From the human T2T-CHM13v2.0 reference genome, Homo sapiens: a DNA stretch of 64,000 nt. Each line of letters opens with the position of its first letter. Position 1 is the stretch's first letter. Location: NCBI RefSeq assembly GCF_009914755.1, contig NC_060948.1. One strand, written 5' to 3'. Made by a program: the position numbers and the translations under genes. Below are positions 42,901-57,900 of this stretch, one piece after another. Below the pieces are notes generated by a model. It was not told the origin of the DNA and did no database searches. It saw nothing but the letters and a program-made list of their open reading frames with translations.

Positions 42901-45900
42901 CTCGAATGTAATTGACTGGAATGGAATGTACATGAATGGAAGGTAATCGAATGGAAAGTAATCCAATGGAATAGAATCTAATGCAATAAAACCGACTCAG
43001 ATAGAGTAGAATGTAATGGAATGGAGTGCAGTGCAATGGAATGGAATGGAATTGAATGCAATGGAATGGAATGGAATGTAATGGAATGGAATGGAATGGA
43101 ATGGAATGGAATGGAATGGGATGGAATGGTATGGAATGGATAGAAATGGACTGGAGTGAAATGGACTGGAAAGGAATGGACTCAAATTGAAAGGGCTCGA
43201 AAGGAATGGAGTCAAATGGAATGGTCTGGAATGGAATGAACACGAATGTAATGCAATCCAATAGAATGGAATCGAATGGCATGGAATATAAAGAAATGGA
43301 TTCGAAGAGAATGGAAACAAATGGAATGGAATTGAATGGAATGGAATTGAATGGAATGGGAACGAATGGAGTGAAATTGTATGCAGTAGAAGGGAATAGA
43401 AAGGAATGCAAGCGAAAGGAAAGGAATGGATTGGAATGGAATGGAATTCATTGGAATGGAAGGGAATGTAGTGTAATGGACAGGCCTGGAATAAAGTGGA
43501 ATGCTACGGTCTCGAATGGAATAAAAATGTATGGAATGGAATGCAATGAAATGGAATCGAATGTCATAGAATGTAATGGAATGCAACAAAATGGAATCCA
43601 ATATCATTGACTGGAAAGGCTGGGTGTCGAAAGGAATTGACTCCAATGGAATGGAATCGAATGGAATGGAAGTGAATAGAATCGAACTAAATCGAATGGA
43701 ATGGAATTGATAGGAACGGAATGGAAAGGAATGCAATGATTTGGCATGGAATGGAATCGAATGGCATCGAATGGAATGGAATGGAATGCAATGGAATGGA
43801 ATGAACTTTAATGGAATGTACTCGAATGGATTCGACTGGAATGGAATGTTCTGGAAGTGAATGGACTCCAATGGAATGGATTCAAAAGGAATGGAATCGT
43901 ACGGAATGGAATCTAATGGAATGGAATTAAATGGAAATGAATCAAATTGAATAGCACGGAATTGAATTGAATGGAATGGAATGCAATGGAATCTAATGAA
44001 ACGGAAAGGAAAGGAATGGAATGGAATGGAATGGGCTGGAATGGAAAGGAATCGAAACGAATGGAATGGAATCGAACTGAAGAGACTGGAATGGAATGCA
44101 CTGGAATGGAAGGGAGTGTAATGGAAGGTTCTCGAAAAAAATGGAATCGAATGGAATGGAATTGAATGGAACGGAATAGAGTCGAATGGAATTGAATGGA
44201 ATGGAATGGACTAGAGTGAAATGGAATCGAACCACAAGGAATGGAGAGGAATAGAATGGTCTCGAATTGAATGGAATCGTATGGAATGGCATCAAACGGA
44301 ATGGAATGGACAGCCACGGAATGGAATGCACTCGAATGCAATGGAGTCGAAACTAATGGACTGGAATAGAATGGACTCGACTGGTACGGACTCCAATGGA
44401 ATGGAATCGAATGGAAGGGAATCGAACGGAATGGACTCGAAGGGAAAAGACTGCAATGGAAAGGTCTCGAATGGAATGGAAATTAATGGAATGGAATGGA
44501 ATCGAATGAAATGGAGTCAAAAGGAATGGAATCGAATGGCAAGAAATCGAATGTAATGGAATCGCAAGGAATTGATGTGAACGGAACGGAATGGAATGGA
44601 ATCCAAAGGAATGGAATAGAATGGAATGGAATCGAATGGAAAGGACTCGAATGGAAATCACTCGAATAGAATGCAATTTAATAAAATAGGATCAAATGTA
44701 ATGGAATGGAATGGAAAGGAATCGAAACGAAAGGAATGGAGACAGATGGAATGGAATAGAACAGAGAGCAATGGTATAGAATGGAATGGAATCATCTGGA
44801 ATGGAATTGAATGGAATGGAATAATATGAAATGGAATGGAATGGAATGGAATGGAATGCCCTTGAATTAAATGGACTGGAATGGAATGGACTCGAACAGA
44901 GTGGAATGGAAAGTGTTGAGATAGAATGGAATGGACTCCTTTGGAATGGTCTAGTATGCAATGCAATCGACTGGCAGGGAATCAAAAGGAATGTAATCGA
45001 ATGGATTGGACTGGAATGCAATGGACTCGAATAGATTGCAAACGGGATGCAAAGGAATGGAATGGAATAGTATGGAATGGAATGGAAAGGAATGGAGTGG
45101 AATAGACTAGAGTGGAATGGAATGGACTGGAAAGCAATGGACTGGAATGGAACTTTCTTGAATGGACTGGAATCAAACGGAAGGGAATGCAATGCAATCA
45201 AATGGCATGGAATAAAATAGAATGAAAGAGAATCAAATGGAATTGAATCGAATGGAATCGAATGGATTGGAAAGGAATAGAATGGAATGGAATGGAATGT
45301 ACTCAAATGGAATGGACTAGAATGGAATGGATTCGAATGGAAGGCAAAGGAATGGAATCTATTGGAATGGACTGTAATGGAATGGAATGGAAGGGATTGG
45401 AATGGACTCGAATGGAATGGACTGCAATAGAAAGGATTCGAATGGAATGAAAAAGAATTGAATGGAATAGAACAGAATGGAATCAAATCGAATGAAATGG
45501 AATGGAATAGAAAGGAATGGAATGAAATGGAATGGAAAGGATTCGAATGGAATGCAATCGAATGGAATGGAATCGAACGGAATGGAATAAAATGGAAGAA
45601 AACTGGCAAGAAATGGAATCGAAATGAATGGAGTGTTATGGAACGGACTCAAAAGGAATTGAATGTAATAGAATGGAGTGGAGTGGACTCGAATATAATG
45701 GACTGGAATGGAATGAAATCACATGGAATGGGAACGAATGGAATGGAATGGAAAGGAATGGAATCGAATGGAAAGGAATCGAATGGAAGGGAATGAAATT
45801 GAATCAACAGGAATGGAAGGGAATAGAATAGACGGTAATGGAATGGACTCGAATAGAATGGACACGAATGCTCAAATTGAATGGACTCGAATGGAATGGA

Positions 45901-48900
45901 AACGAAAGGAATGTCATCGAATGGAATTGAATCGATTGGAATGAAATCGCATAGAATGGAGTGGAATCAAATGGAATTGAATCGAAAGGAAAGGAAGCGA
46001 ATGGACTGAAATGAAATGGAATGGAATTGAATGGAAAGTAATGCAATGGAATAGAATGGAACGAAATTTCACGGAATGGAATCAAACTGAATGGAATCAA
46101 ATCAATGGAATCTAATCAAATGGAATGGAAAGGAATTGAATGGAGTAGATTGGATTGGATGGGATTGGAATGAAATGTACTGGAAAGGACTCGAATTTCA
46201 TGAAACGGAATGGAATGAATTGGAACGGAATGGACTCGAATGGAATGGAATGTCATGGAATGGCATCAAATGGAATGGCATCAAATGGAATGGAATCGAA
46301 TGCAATGGAATGCTATGGAATGGAATGGAATGCATTGGAATGGAATGTCCTCTAATGGAATGGATTCGAGTGGAATGGAATCGAATATAATGGAGTCGAA
46401 TGAAATGGAATTGAAAGGAATGGGATCGAATACAATGGAATATACTGGAATGTAATGTAATGAACTCGAATGTAATTGACTGGAATGGAATGTACATGAA
46501 TGGAATGTAATCGAATGGAAAGTAATCCAATGGAATAGAATCTAATGCAATAAAATCGACTCAGATAGAGTAGCATGTAATGGAATGGAGTGCAGTGCAA
46601 TGGAATGGAATGGAATGGAATGCAATGGAATGGAATGGAATGGAATGGAATGGAATGGAATGGAATGGAATGGAATGGGATGGGATGGAATGGTATGGAA
46701 TGGATAGTAATGGACTGGAGTGAAATGGACTGGAAAGGAATGGACTCAAATTGAAAGGGCTCGAAAGGAATGGAGTCAAATGGAATGGTCTGGAATGGAA
46801 TGAACACGAATGTAATGCAATCCAATAGAATGGAATCGAATGGCATGGAATATAAAGAAATGGAATCGGAGAGAATGGAAACAAATGGAATGGAATTGAA
46901 TGGAATGGAATTGAATGGAATGGGAACGAATGGAGTGAAATTGTATGCAGTAGAAGGGAATAGAATGGAATGCAAGCAAAAGGAAAGGAATGGATTGGAA
47001 TGGAATGGAATTCATTGGAATGGAAGGGAATGTAGTGTAATGGACAGGCCTGGAATAAAGTGGAATGCTACGGTCTCGAATGGAATAAAAATGTATGGAA
47101 TGGAATGCAATGAAACGGAATCGAATGTCATAGAATGTAATGGAATGCAACAAAATGGAATCCAATATCATTGACTGGAAAGGCTGGGTGTCGAAAGGAA
47201 TTGACTCCAATGGAATGGAATCGAATGGAATGGAAGTGAATAGAATCGAACTAAATCGAATGGAATGGAATTGATAGGAACGGAATGGAAAGGAATGCAA
47301 TGATTTGGCATGGAATGGAATCGAATGGCATCGAATGGAATGGAATGGAATGCAATGGAATGGAATGTATTAGAATGGAATGAACTTTAATGGAATGTAC
47401 TCGAATGGATTCGACTGGAATGGAATGTTCTGGAAGTGAATGGACTCCAATGGAATGGATTCCAAAGGAATGGAATCGTACGGAATGGAATCTAATGGAA
47501 TGGAATTAAATGGAAATGAATCAAATTGAATAGCACGGAATTGAATTGAATGGAATGGAATGCAATGGAATCTAATGAAACGGAAAGGAAAGGAATGGAA
47601 TGGAATGGAATGGGCTGGAATGGAAAGGAATCGAAACGAATGGAATGGAATCGAACTGAAGAGACTGGAATGGAATGCACTGGAATGGAAGGGAGTGTAA
47701 TGGAAGGTTCTCGAAAAAAATGGAATCGAATGGAATGGAATTGAATGGAACGGAATAGAGTCGAATGGAATTGAATGGAATGGAATGGACTAGAGTGAAA
47801 TGGAATCGAACCACAAGGAATGGACAGGAATAGAATGGTCTCGAATTGAATGGAATCGTATGGAATGGCATCAAACGGAATGGAATGGACAGCCACGGAA
47901 TGGAATGCACTCGAATGCAATGGAGTCGAAACTAATGGACTGGAATAGAATGGACTCCACTGGTACGGACTTCAATGGAATGGATTCGAATGGAAGGGAA
48001 TCGAACGGAATGGACTCGAAGGGAAAAGACTGCAATGGAAAGGTCTCGAATGGAATGGAAATTAATGGAATGGAATGGAATCGAATGAAATGGAGTCAAA
48101 AGGAATGGAATCGAATGGCAAGAAATCGAATGTAATGGAATCGCAAGGAATTGATGTGAACGGAACGGAATGGAATGGAATCCAAAGGAATGGAATAGAA
48201 TGGAATGGAATCGAATGGAAAGGACTCGAATGGAAATCACTCGAATAGAATGCAATTTAATAAAATAGGATCAAATGTAATGGAATGGAATGGAAAGGAA
48301 TCGAAACGAAAGGAATGGAGACAGATGGAATGGAATGGAACAGAGAGCAATGGTATAGAATGGAATGGAATCATCTGGAATGGAATTGAATGGAATGGAA
48401 TAATATGAAATGGAATGGAATGGAATGGAATGGAATGCCCTTGAATTAAATGGACTGGAATGGAATGGACTCGAACAGAGTGGAATGGAAAGTGTTGAGA
48501 TAGAATGGAATGGACTCCTTTGGAATGGTGTAGTATGCAATGCAATCGACTGGCAGGGAATCAAAAGGAATGTAATCGAATGGAATGGACTGGAATGCAA
48601 TGGACTCGAATAGATTGGAAACGGAATGCAAAGGAATGGAATGGAATAGTATGGAATGGAATGGAAAGGAATGGAGTGGAATAGACTAGAGTGGAATGGA
48701 ATGGACTGGAAAGCAATGGACTGGAATGGAACTTTCTTGAATGGACTGGAATCAAACGGAATGGAATGCAATGCAATCAAATGGCATGGAATAAAATAGA
48801 ATGAAGAAAATGAAATGGAATTGAATCGAATGGAATCGAATGGATTGGAAAGGAATAGAATGGAATGGAATGGAATTGACTCAAATGGAATGGACTAGAA

Positions 48901-51900
48901 TGGAATGGATTCGAATGGAAGGCAAAGGAATGGAATCTATTGGAATGGACTGTAATGGAATGGAATGGAAGGGATTGGAATGGACTCGAATGGAATGGAC
49001 TGCAATAGAAAGGATTCGAATGGAATGAAAAAGAATTGAATGGAATAGAACAGAATGGAATCAAATCGAATGAAATGGAATGGAATAGAAAGGAATGGAA
49101 TGAAATGGAATGGAAAGGATTCGAATGGAATGCAATCGAATGGAATGGAATCGAACGGAATGGAATAAAATGGAAGAAAACTGGCAAGAAATGGAATCGA
49201 AATGAATGGAGTGTTATGGAACGGACTCAAAAGGAATTGAATGTAATAGAATGGAGTGGAGTGGACTCGAATATAATGGACTGGAATGGAATGAAATCAC
49301 ATGGAATGGGAACGAATGGAATGGAATGGAAAGGAATGGAATCGAATGGAAAGGAATCGAATGGAAGGGAATGAAATTGAATCAACAGGAATGGAAGGGA
49401 ATAGAATAGACGGTAATGGAATGGACTCGAATAGAATGGACACGAATGCTGAAATGGAATGGACTCGAATGGAATGGAAACGAAAGGAATGTCATCGAAT
49501 GGAATTGAATCGATTGGAATGAAATCGCATAGAATGGAGTGGAATCAAATGGAATTGAATCGAAAGGAAAGGAAGCGAATGGACTGAAATGAAATGGAAT
49601 GGAATTGAATGGAAAGTAATGCAATGGAATAGAATGGAACGAAATTTCACAGAATGGAATCAAACTGAATGGAATCAAACCAATGGAATCAAATCAAATG
49701 GAATGGAAAGGAATTGAATGGAGTAGATTGGATTGGATGGGATTGGAATGAAATGTACTGGAAAGGACTCGAATTTCATGAAACGGAATGGAATGAATTG
49801 GAACGGAACGGACTCGAATGGAATGGAATGTCATGGAATGGCATCAAATGGAATGGCATCAAATGGAATGGAATCGAATGCAATGGAATGCTATGGAATG
49901 GAATGGAATGCATTGGAATGGAATGTCCTCTAATGGAATGGATTCGAGTGGAATGGAATCGAATATAATGGAGTCGAATGAAATGGAATTGAAAGGAATG
50001 GGATCGAATACAATGGAATATACTGGAATGTAATGTAATGAACTCGAATGTAATTGACTGGAATGGAATGTACATGAATGGAATGTAATCGAATGGAAAG
50101 TAATCCAATGGAATAGAATCTAATGCAATAAAATCGACTCAGATAGAGTAGAATGTAATGGGATGGAGTGCAGTGCAATGGAATGGAATGGAATGGAATG
50201 CAATGGAATGGAATGGAATGGAATGCAATGGAATGGAATGGAATGGAATGGAATGGAATGGGATGGAATGGTATGGAATGGATAGTAATGGACTGGAGTG
50301 AAATGGACTGGAAAGGAATGGACTCAAATTGAAAGGGCTCGAAAGGAATGGAGTCAAATGGAATGATCTGGAATGGAATGAACACGAAAGTAATGCAATC
50401 CAATAGAATGGAATCGAATGGCATGGAATATAATGAAATGGAATCGAAGAGAATGGAAACAAATGGAATGGAATTGAATGGAATGGAATTGAATGGAATG
50501 GGAACGAATGGAGTGAAATTGTATGCAGTAGAAGGGAATAGAATGGAATGCAAGCGAAAGGAAAGGAATGGATTGGAATGGAATGGAATTCATTGGAATG
50601 GAAGGGAATGTAGTGTAATGGACAGGCCTGGAAAAAAGTGGAATGCTACGGTCTCGAGTGGAATAAAAATGTATGGAATGGAATGCAATGAAACGGAATC
50701 GAATGTCATAGAATGTAATGGAATGCAAAAAAATGGAATCCAAAATCATTGACTGGAAAGGCTGGGTGTCGAAAGGAATTGACTCCAATGGAATGGAATC
50801 GAATGGAATGGAAGTGAATAGAATCGAACTAAATCGAATGGAATGGAATTGATAGGAACGGAATGGAAAGGAATGCAATGATTTGGCATGGAATGGAATC
50901 GAATGGCATCGAATGGAATGGAATGGAATGCAATGGAATGGAACGTATTAGAATGTAATGAACTTTAATGGAATGTACTCGAATGGAATCGACTGGAATG
51001 GAATGTTCTGGAAGTGAATGGACTCCAATGGAATGGATACAAAAGGAATGGAATCGTACGGAATGGAATCTAATGGAATGGAATTAAATGGAAATGAATC
51101 AAATTGAATAGCATGGAATTGAATTGAATGGAATCAAATGCAATGGAATCTAATGAAACGGAAAGGAAAGGAATGGAATGGAATGGAATGGGCTGGAATG
51201 GAAAGGAATCGAAACGAATGGAATGGAATCGAATTGACGAGACTGGAATGGAATGCACTGGAATGGAAGGGAGTGTAATGGAAGGTTCTCGAAAAAAATG
51301 GAATCGAATGGAATGGAATTGAATGGAACGGAATAGAGTCGAATGGAATTGAATAGAATGGAATGGACTAGAGTGAAATGGAATCGAACCACAAGGAATG
51401 GACAGGAATAGAATGGTCTCGAATTGAATGGAATCGTATGGAATGGCATCAAACGGAATGGAATGGACAGCCACGGAATGGAATGCACTCGAATGCAATG
51501 GAGTCGAAACTAATGGACTGGAATAGAATGGACTCGACTGGTACGGACTCCAATGGAATGGAATCGAATGGAAGGGAATCGAACGGAATGGACTCGAAGG
51601 GAAAAGACTGCAATGGAAAGGTCTCGAATGGAATGGAAATTAATGGAATGGAATGGAATCGAATGAAATGGAGTCAAAAGGAATGGAATCGAATGGCAAG
51701 AAATCGAATGTAATGGAATCGCAAGGAATTGATGTGAACGGAACGAAATGGAATGGAATCCAAAGGAATGGAATAGAATGGAATGGAATCGAATGGAAAG
51801 GACTCGAATGGAAATCACTCGAATAGAATGCAATTTAATAAAATAGGATCAAATGTAATGGAATGGAATGGAAAGGAATCGAAACGAAAGGAATGGAGAC

Positions 51901-54900
51901 AGATGGAATGGAATGGAACAGAGAGCAATGGTATAGAATGGAATGGAATCATCTGGAATGGAATTGAATGGAATGGAATAATATGAAATGGAATGGAATG
52001 GAATGGAATGGAATGCCCTTGAATTAAATGGACTGGAATGGAATGGACTCGAACAGAGTGGAATGGAAAGTGTTGAGATAGAATAGAATGGACTCGTTTG
52101 GAATGGTCTAGTATGCAATGCAATCGACTGGCAGGGAATCAAAAGGAATGTAATGGAATGGATTGGACAGGAATGAAATGGACTCGAATAGATTGGAAAC
52201 GGAATGCAAAGGAATGGAATGGAATAGTATGGAATGGAATGGAAAGGAATGGAGTGCAATAGACTAGACTGGAATGGAATGGACTGGAAAGCAATGGACT
52301 GGAATGGAACTTTCTTGAATGGACTGGAATCAAACGGAATGGAATGCAATGCAATCAAATGGCATGGAATAAAATAGAATGAAAGAGAATCAAATGGAAT
52401 TGAATCGAATGGAATCGAATGGATTGGAAAGGAATAGAATGGAATGGAATGGAATTGACTCAAATGGAATGGACTAGAATGGAATGGATTCGAATGGAAG
52501 GCAAAGGAATGGAATCTATTGGAATGGACTGTAATGGAATGGAATGGAAGGGATTGGAATGGACTCGAATGGAATGGACTGCAATAGAAAGGATTCGAAT
52601 GGAATGAAAAAGAATTGAATGGAATAGAACAGAATGGAATCAAATCGAATGAAATGGAATGGAATAGAAAGGAATGGAATGAAATGGAATGGAAAGGATT
52701 CGAATGGAATGCAATCGAATGGAATGGAATCGAACGGAATGGAATAAAATGGAAGAAAACTGGCAAGAAATGGAATCGAAATGAATGGAGTGTTATGGAA
52801 CGGACTCAAAAGGAATTGAATGTAATAGAATGGAGTGGAGTGGACTCGAATATAATGGACTGGAATGGAATGAAATCACATGGAATGGGAACGAATGGAA
52901 TGGAATGGAAAGGAATGGAATCGAATGGAAAGGAATCGAATGGAAGGGAATGAAATTGAATCAACAGGAATGGAAGGGAATAGAATAGACGGTAATGGAA
53001 TGGACTCGAATAGAATGGACACGAATGCTGAAATTGAATGGACTCGAATGCAATGGAAACGAAAGGAATGTCATCGAATGGAATTGAATCGATTGGAATG
53101 AAATCGCATAGAATGGAGTGGAATCAAATGGAATTGAATCGAAAGGAAAGGAAGCGAATGGACTGAAATGAAATGGAATGGAATTGAATGGAAAGTAATG
53201 CAATGGAATAGAATGGAACGAAATTTCACAGAATGGAATCAAACTGAATGGAATCAAACCAAAGGAATCAAATCAAATGGAATGGAAAGGAATTGAATGG
53301 AGTAGATTGGATTGGATGGGATTGGAATGAAATGTACTGGAAAGGACTCGAATTTCATGAAACGGAATGGAATGAATTGGAACGGAACGGACTCGAATGG
53401 AATGGAATGTCATGGAATGGCATCAAATGGAATGGCATCAAATGGAATGGAATCGAATGCAATGGAATGCTATGGAATGGAATGGAATGCATTTTAATGG
53501 AATGTCCTCTAATGGAATGGATTCGAGTGGAATGGAATCGAATATAATGGAGTCGAATGAAATGGAATTGAAAGGAATGGGATCGAATACAATGGAATAT
53601 ACTGGAATGTAATGTAATGAACTCGAATGTAATTGACTGGAATGGAATGTACATTAATGGAATGTAATCGAATGGAAAGTAATCCAATGGAATAGAATCT
53701 AATGCAATAAAATCGACTCAGATAGAGTAGAATGTAATGGAATGGAGTGCAGTGCAATGGAATGGAATGTAATGGAATGCAATGGAATGGAATGGAATGG
53801 AATGGAATGGAATGGTGTGGAATGGATAGTAATGGACTGGAGTGAAATGGACTGGAAAGGAATGGACTCAAATTGAATGGGCTCGAAAGGAATGGAGTCA
53901 AATGGAATGGTCTGGAATGGAATGAACACGAATGTAATGCAATCCAATAGAATGGAATCGAATGGCATGGTATATAAAGAAATGGAATCGAAGAGAATGG
54001 AAACAAATGGAATGGAATTGAGTGGAATGGAATTGAATGGAATGGGAACGAATGGAGTGAAATTGTATGCAGTAGAAGAGAATAGAATGGAATGCAAGCG
54101 AAAGGAAAGGAATGGATTGGAATGGAATGGAATTCATTGGAATGGAAGGGAATGTAGTGTAATGGACAGGCCTGGAATAAAGTGGAATGCTACGGTCTCG
54201 AATGGAATAAAAATGTATGGAATGGAATGCAATGAAATGGAATCGAATGTCATAGAATGTAATGGAATGCAAAAAAATGGACTCCAAAATCATTGACTGG
54301 AAAGGCTGGGTGTCGAAAGGAATTGACTCCAATGGAATGGAATCGAATGGAATGGAAGTGAATAGAATCGAACTAAATCGAATGGAATGGAATTGATAGG
54401 AACGGAATGGAAAGGAATGCAATGATTTGGCATGGAATGGAATCGAATGGCATCGAATGGAATGGAATGGAATGCAATGGAATGGAATGTATTAGAATGG
54501 AATGAACTTTAATGGAATGTACTCGAATGGATTCGACTGGAATGGAATGTTCTGGAAGTGAATGGACTCCAATGGAATGGATTCAAAAGGAATGGAATCG
54601 TACGGAATGGAATCTAATGGAATGGAATTAAATGGAAATGAATCAAATTGAATAGCACGGAATTGAATTGAATGGAATGGAATGCAATGGAATCTAATGA
54701 AACGGAAAGGAAAGGAATGGAATGGAATGGAATGGGCTGGAATGGAAAGGAATCGAAACGAATGGAATGGAATCGAACTGAAGAGACTGGAATGGAATGC
54801 ACTGGAATGGAAGGGAGTGTAATGGAAGGTTCTCGAAAAAAATGGAATGGAATGGAATGGAATTGAATGGAACGGAATAGAGTCGAATGGAATTGAATGC

Positions 54901-57900
54901 AATGGAATGGACTAGAGTGAAATGGAATCGAACAACAAGGAATGGACAGGAATAGAATGGTCTCGAATTGAATGGAATCGTATGGAATGGCATCAAACGG
55001 AATGGAATGGACAGCCACGGAATGGAATGCACTCGAATGCAATGGAGTCGAAACTAATGGACTGGAATAGAATGGACTCGACTGGTATGGACTCCAATGG
55101 AATGGAATCGAATGGAAGGGAATCGAACGGAATGGACTCGAAGGGACAAGACTGCAATGGAAAGGTCTCGAATGGAATGGAAATTAATGGAATGGAATGG
55201 AATCGAATGAAATGGAGTCAAAAGGAATGGAATCGAATGGCAAGAAATCGAATGTAATGGAATCGCAAGGAATTGATGTGAACGGAACGGAATGGAATGG
55301 AATCCAAAGGAATGGAATAGAATGGAATGGAATCGAATGGAAAGGACTCGAATGGAAATCACTCGAATAGAATGCAATTTAATAAAATAGGATCAAATGT
55401 AATGGAATGGAATGGAAAGGAATCGAAACGAAAGGAATGGAGACAGATGGAATGGAATGGAACAGAGAGCAATGGTATAGAATGGAATGGAATCATCTGG
55501 AATGGAATTGAATGGAATGGAATAATATGAAATGGAATGGAATGGAATGGAATGGAATGCCCTTGAATTAAATGGACTGGAATGGAATGGACTCGAACAG
55601 AGTGGAATGGAAAGTGTTGAGATAGAATGGAATGGACTCCTTTGGAATGGTCTAGTATGCAATGCAATCGACTGGCAGGGAATCAAAAGGAATGTAATCG
55701 AATGGATTGGACTGGAATGCAATGGACTCGAATAGATTGGAAACGGAATGCAAAGGAATGGAATGGAATAGTATGGAATGGAATGGAAAGGAATGGAGTG
55801 GAATAGACTAGAGTGGAATGGAATGGACTGGAAAGCAATGGACTGGAATGGAACTTTCTTGAATGGACTGGAATCAAACGGAATGGAATGCAATGCAATC
55901 AAATGGCATGGAATAAAATAGAATGAAAGAGAATCAAATGGAATTGAATCGAATGGAATCGAATGGATTGGAAAGGAATAGAATGGAATGGAATGGAATT
56001 GACTCAAATGGAATGGACTAGAATGGAATGGATTCGAATGGAAGGCAAAGGAATGGAATCTATTGGAATGGACTGTAATGGAATGGAATGGAAGGGATTG
56101 GAATGGACTCGAATGGAATGGACTGCAATAGAAAGGATTCGAATGGAATGAAAAAGAATTGAATGGAATAGAACAGAATGGAATCAAATCGAATGAAATG
56201 GAATGGAATAGAAAGGAATGGAATGAAATGGAATGGAAAGGATTCGAATGGAATGCAATCGAATGGAATGGAATCGAACGGAATGGAATAAAATGGAAGA
56301 AAACTGGCAAGAAATGGAATCGAAATGAATGGAGTGTTATGGAACGGACTCAAAAGGAATTGAATGTAATAGAATGGAGTGGAGTGGACTCGAATATAAT
56401 GGACTGGAATGGAATGAAATCACATGGAATGGGAACGAATGGAATGGAATGGAAAGGAATGGAATCGAATGGAAAGGAATCGAATGGAAGGGAATGAAAT
56501 TGAATCAACAGGAATGGAAGGGAATTGAATAGACGGTAATGGAATGGAATCGAATAGAATGGACACGAATGCTCAAATTGAATGGACTCGAATGGAATGG
56601 AAACGAAAGGAATGTCATCGAATGGAATTGAATCGATTGGAATGAAATCGCATAGAATGGAGTGGAATCAAATGGAATTGAATCGAAAGGAAAGGAAGCG
56701 AATGGACTGAAATGAAATGGAATGGAATTGAATGGAAAGTAATGCAATGGAATAGAATGGAATGAAATTTCACGGAATGGAATCAAACTGAATGGAATCA
56801 AATCAATGGAATCTAATCAAATGGAATGGAAAGGAATTGAATGGAGTAGATTGGATTGGATGGGATTGGAATGAAATGTACTGGAAAGGACTCGAATTTC
56901 ATGAAACGGAATGGAATGAATTGGAACGGAATGGACTCGAATGGAATGGAATGTCATGGAATGGCATCAAATGGAATGGCATCAAATGGAATGGAATCGA
57001 ATGCAATGGAATGCTATGGAATGGAATGGAATGCATTGGAATGGAATGTCCTCTAATGGAATGGATTCGAGTGGAATGGAATCGAATATAATGGAGTCGA
57101 ATGAAATGGAATTGAAAGGAATGGGATCGAATAGAATGGAATATACTGAAATGTAATGTAATGAACTCGAATGTAATTGACTGGAATGGAATGTACATGA
57201 ATGGAATGTAATCGAATGGAAAGTAATCCAATGGAATAGAATCTAATGCAATAAAACCGAGTCAGATAGAGTAGAATGTAATGGAATGGAGTGCAGTGCA
57301 ATGGAATGGAATGGAATTGAATGCAATGGAATGGAATGGAATGGAATGGAATGGAATGGAATGGAATGGAATGGAATGGAATGGGATGGAATGGTATGGA
57401 ATGGATAGTAATGGACTGGAGTGAAATGGACTGGAAAGGAATTGACTCAAATTGAAATTGCTCGAAAGGAATGGAGTCAAATGGAATGGTCTGGAATGGA
57501 ATGAACACGAATGTAATGCAATGCAATAGAATGGAAACGAATGGCATGGAATATAAAGAAATGGAATCGAAGAGAATGGAAACAAATGGAATGGAATTGA
57601 ATGGAATGGAATTGAATGGAATGGGAACGAATGGAGTGAAATTGTATGCAGTAGAAGGGAATAGAATGGAATGCAAGCGAAAGGAAAGGAATGGATTGGA
57701 ATGGAATGGAATTCATTGGAATGGAAGGGAATGTAGTGTAATGGACAGGCCTGGAATAAAGTGGAATGCTACGGTCTCGAATGGAATAAAAATGTATGGA
57801 ATGGAATGCAATGAAACGGAATCGAATGTCATAGAATGTAATGGAATGCAAAAAAATGGAATCCAAAATCATTGACTGGAAAGGCTGGGTGTCGAAAGGA

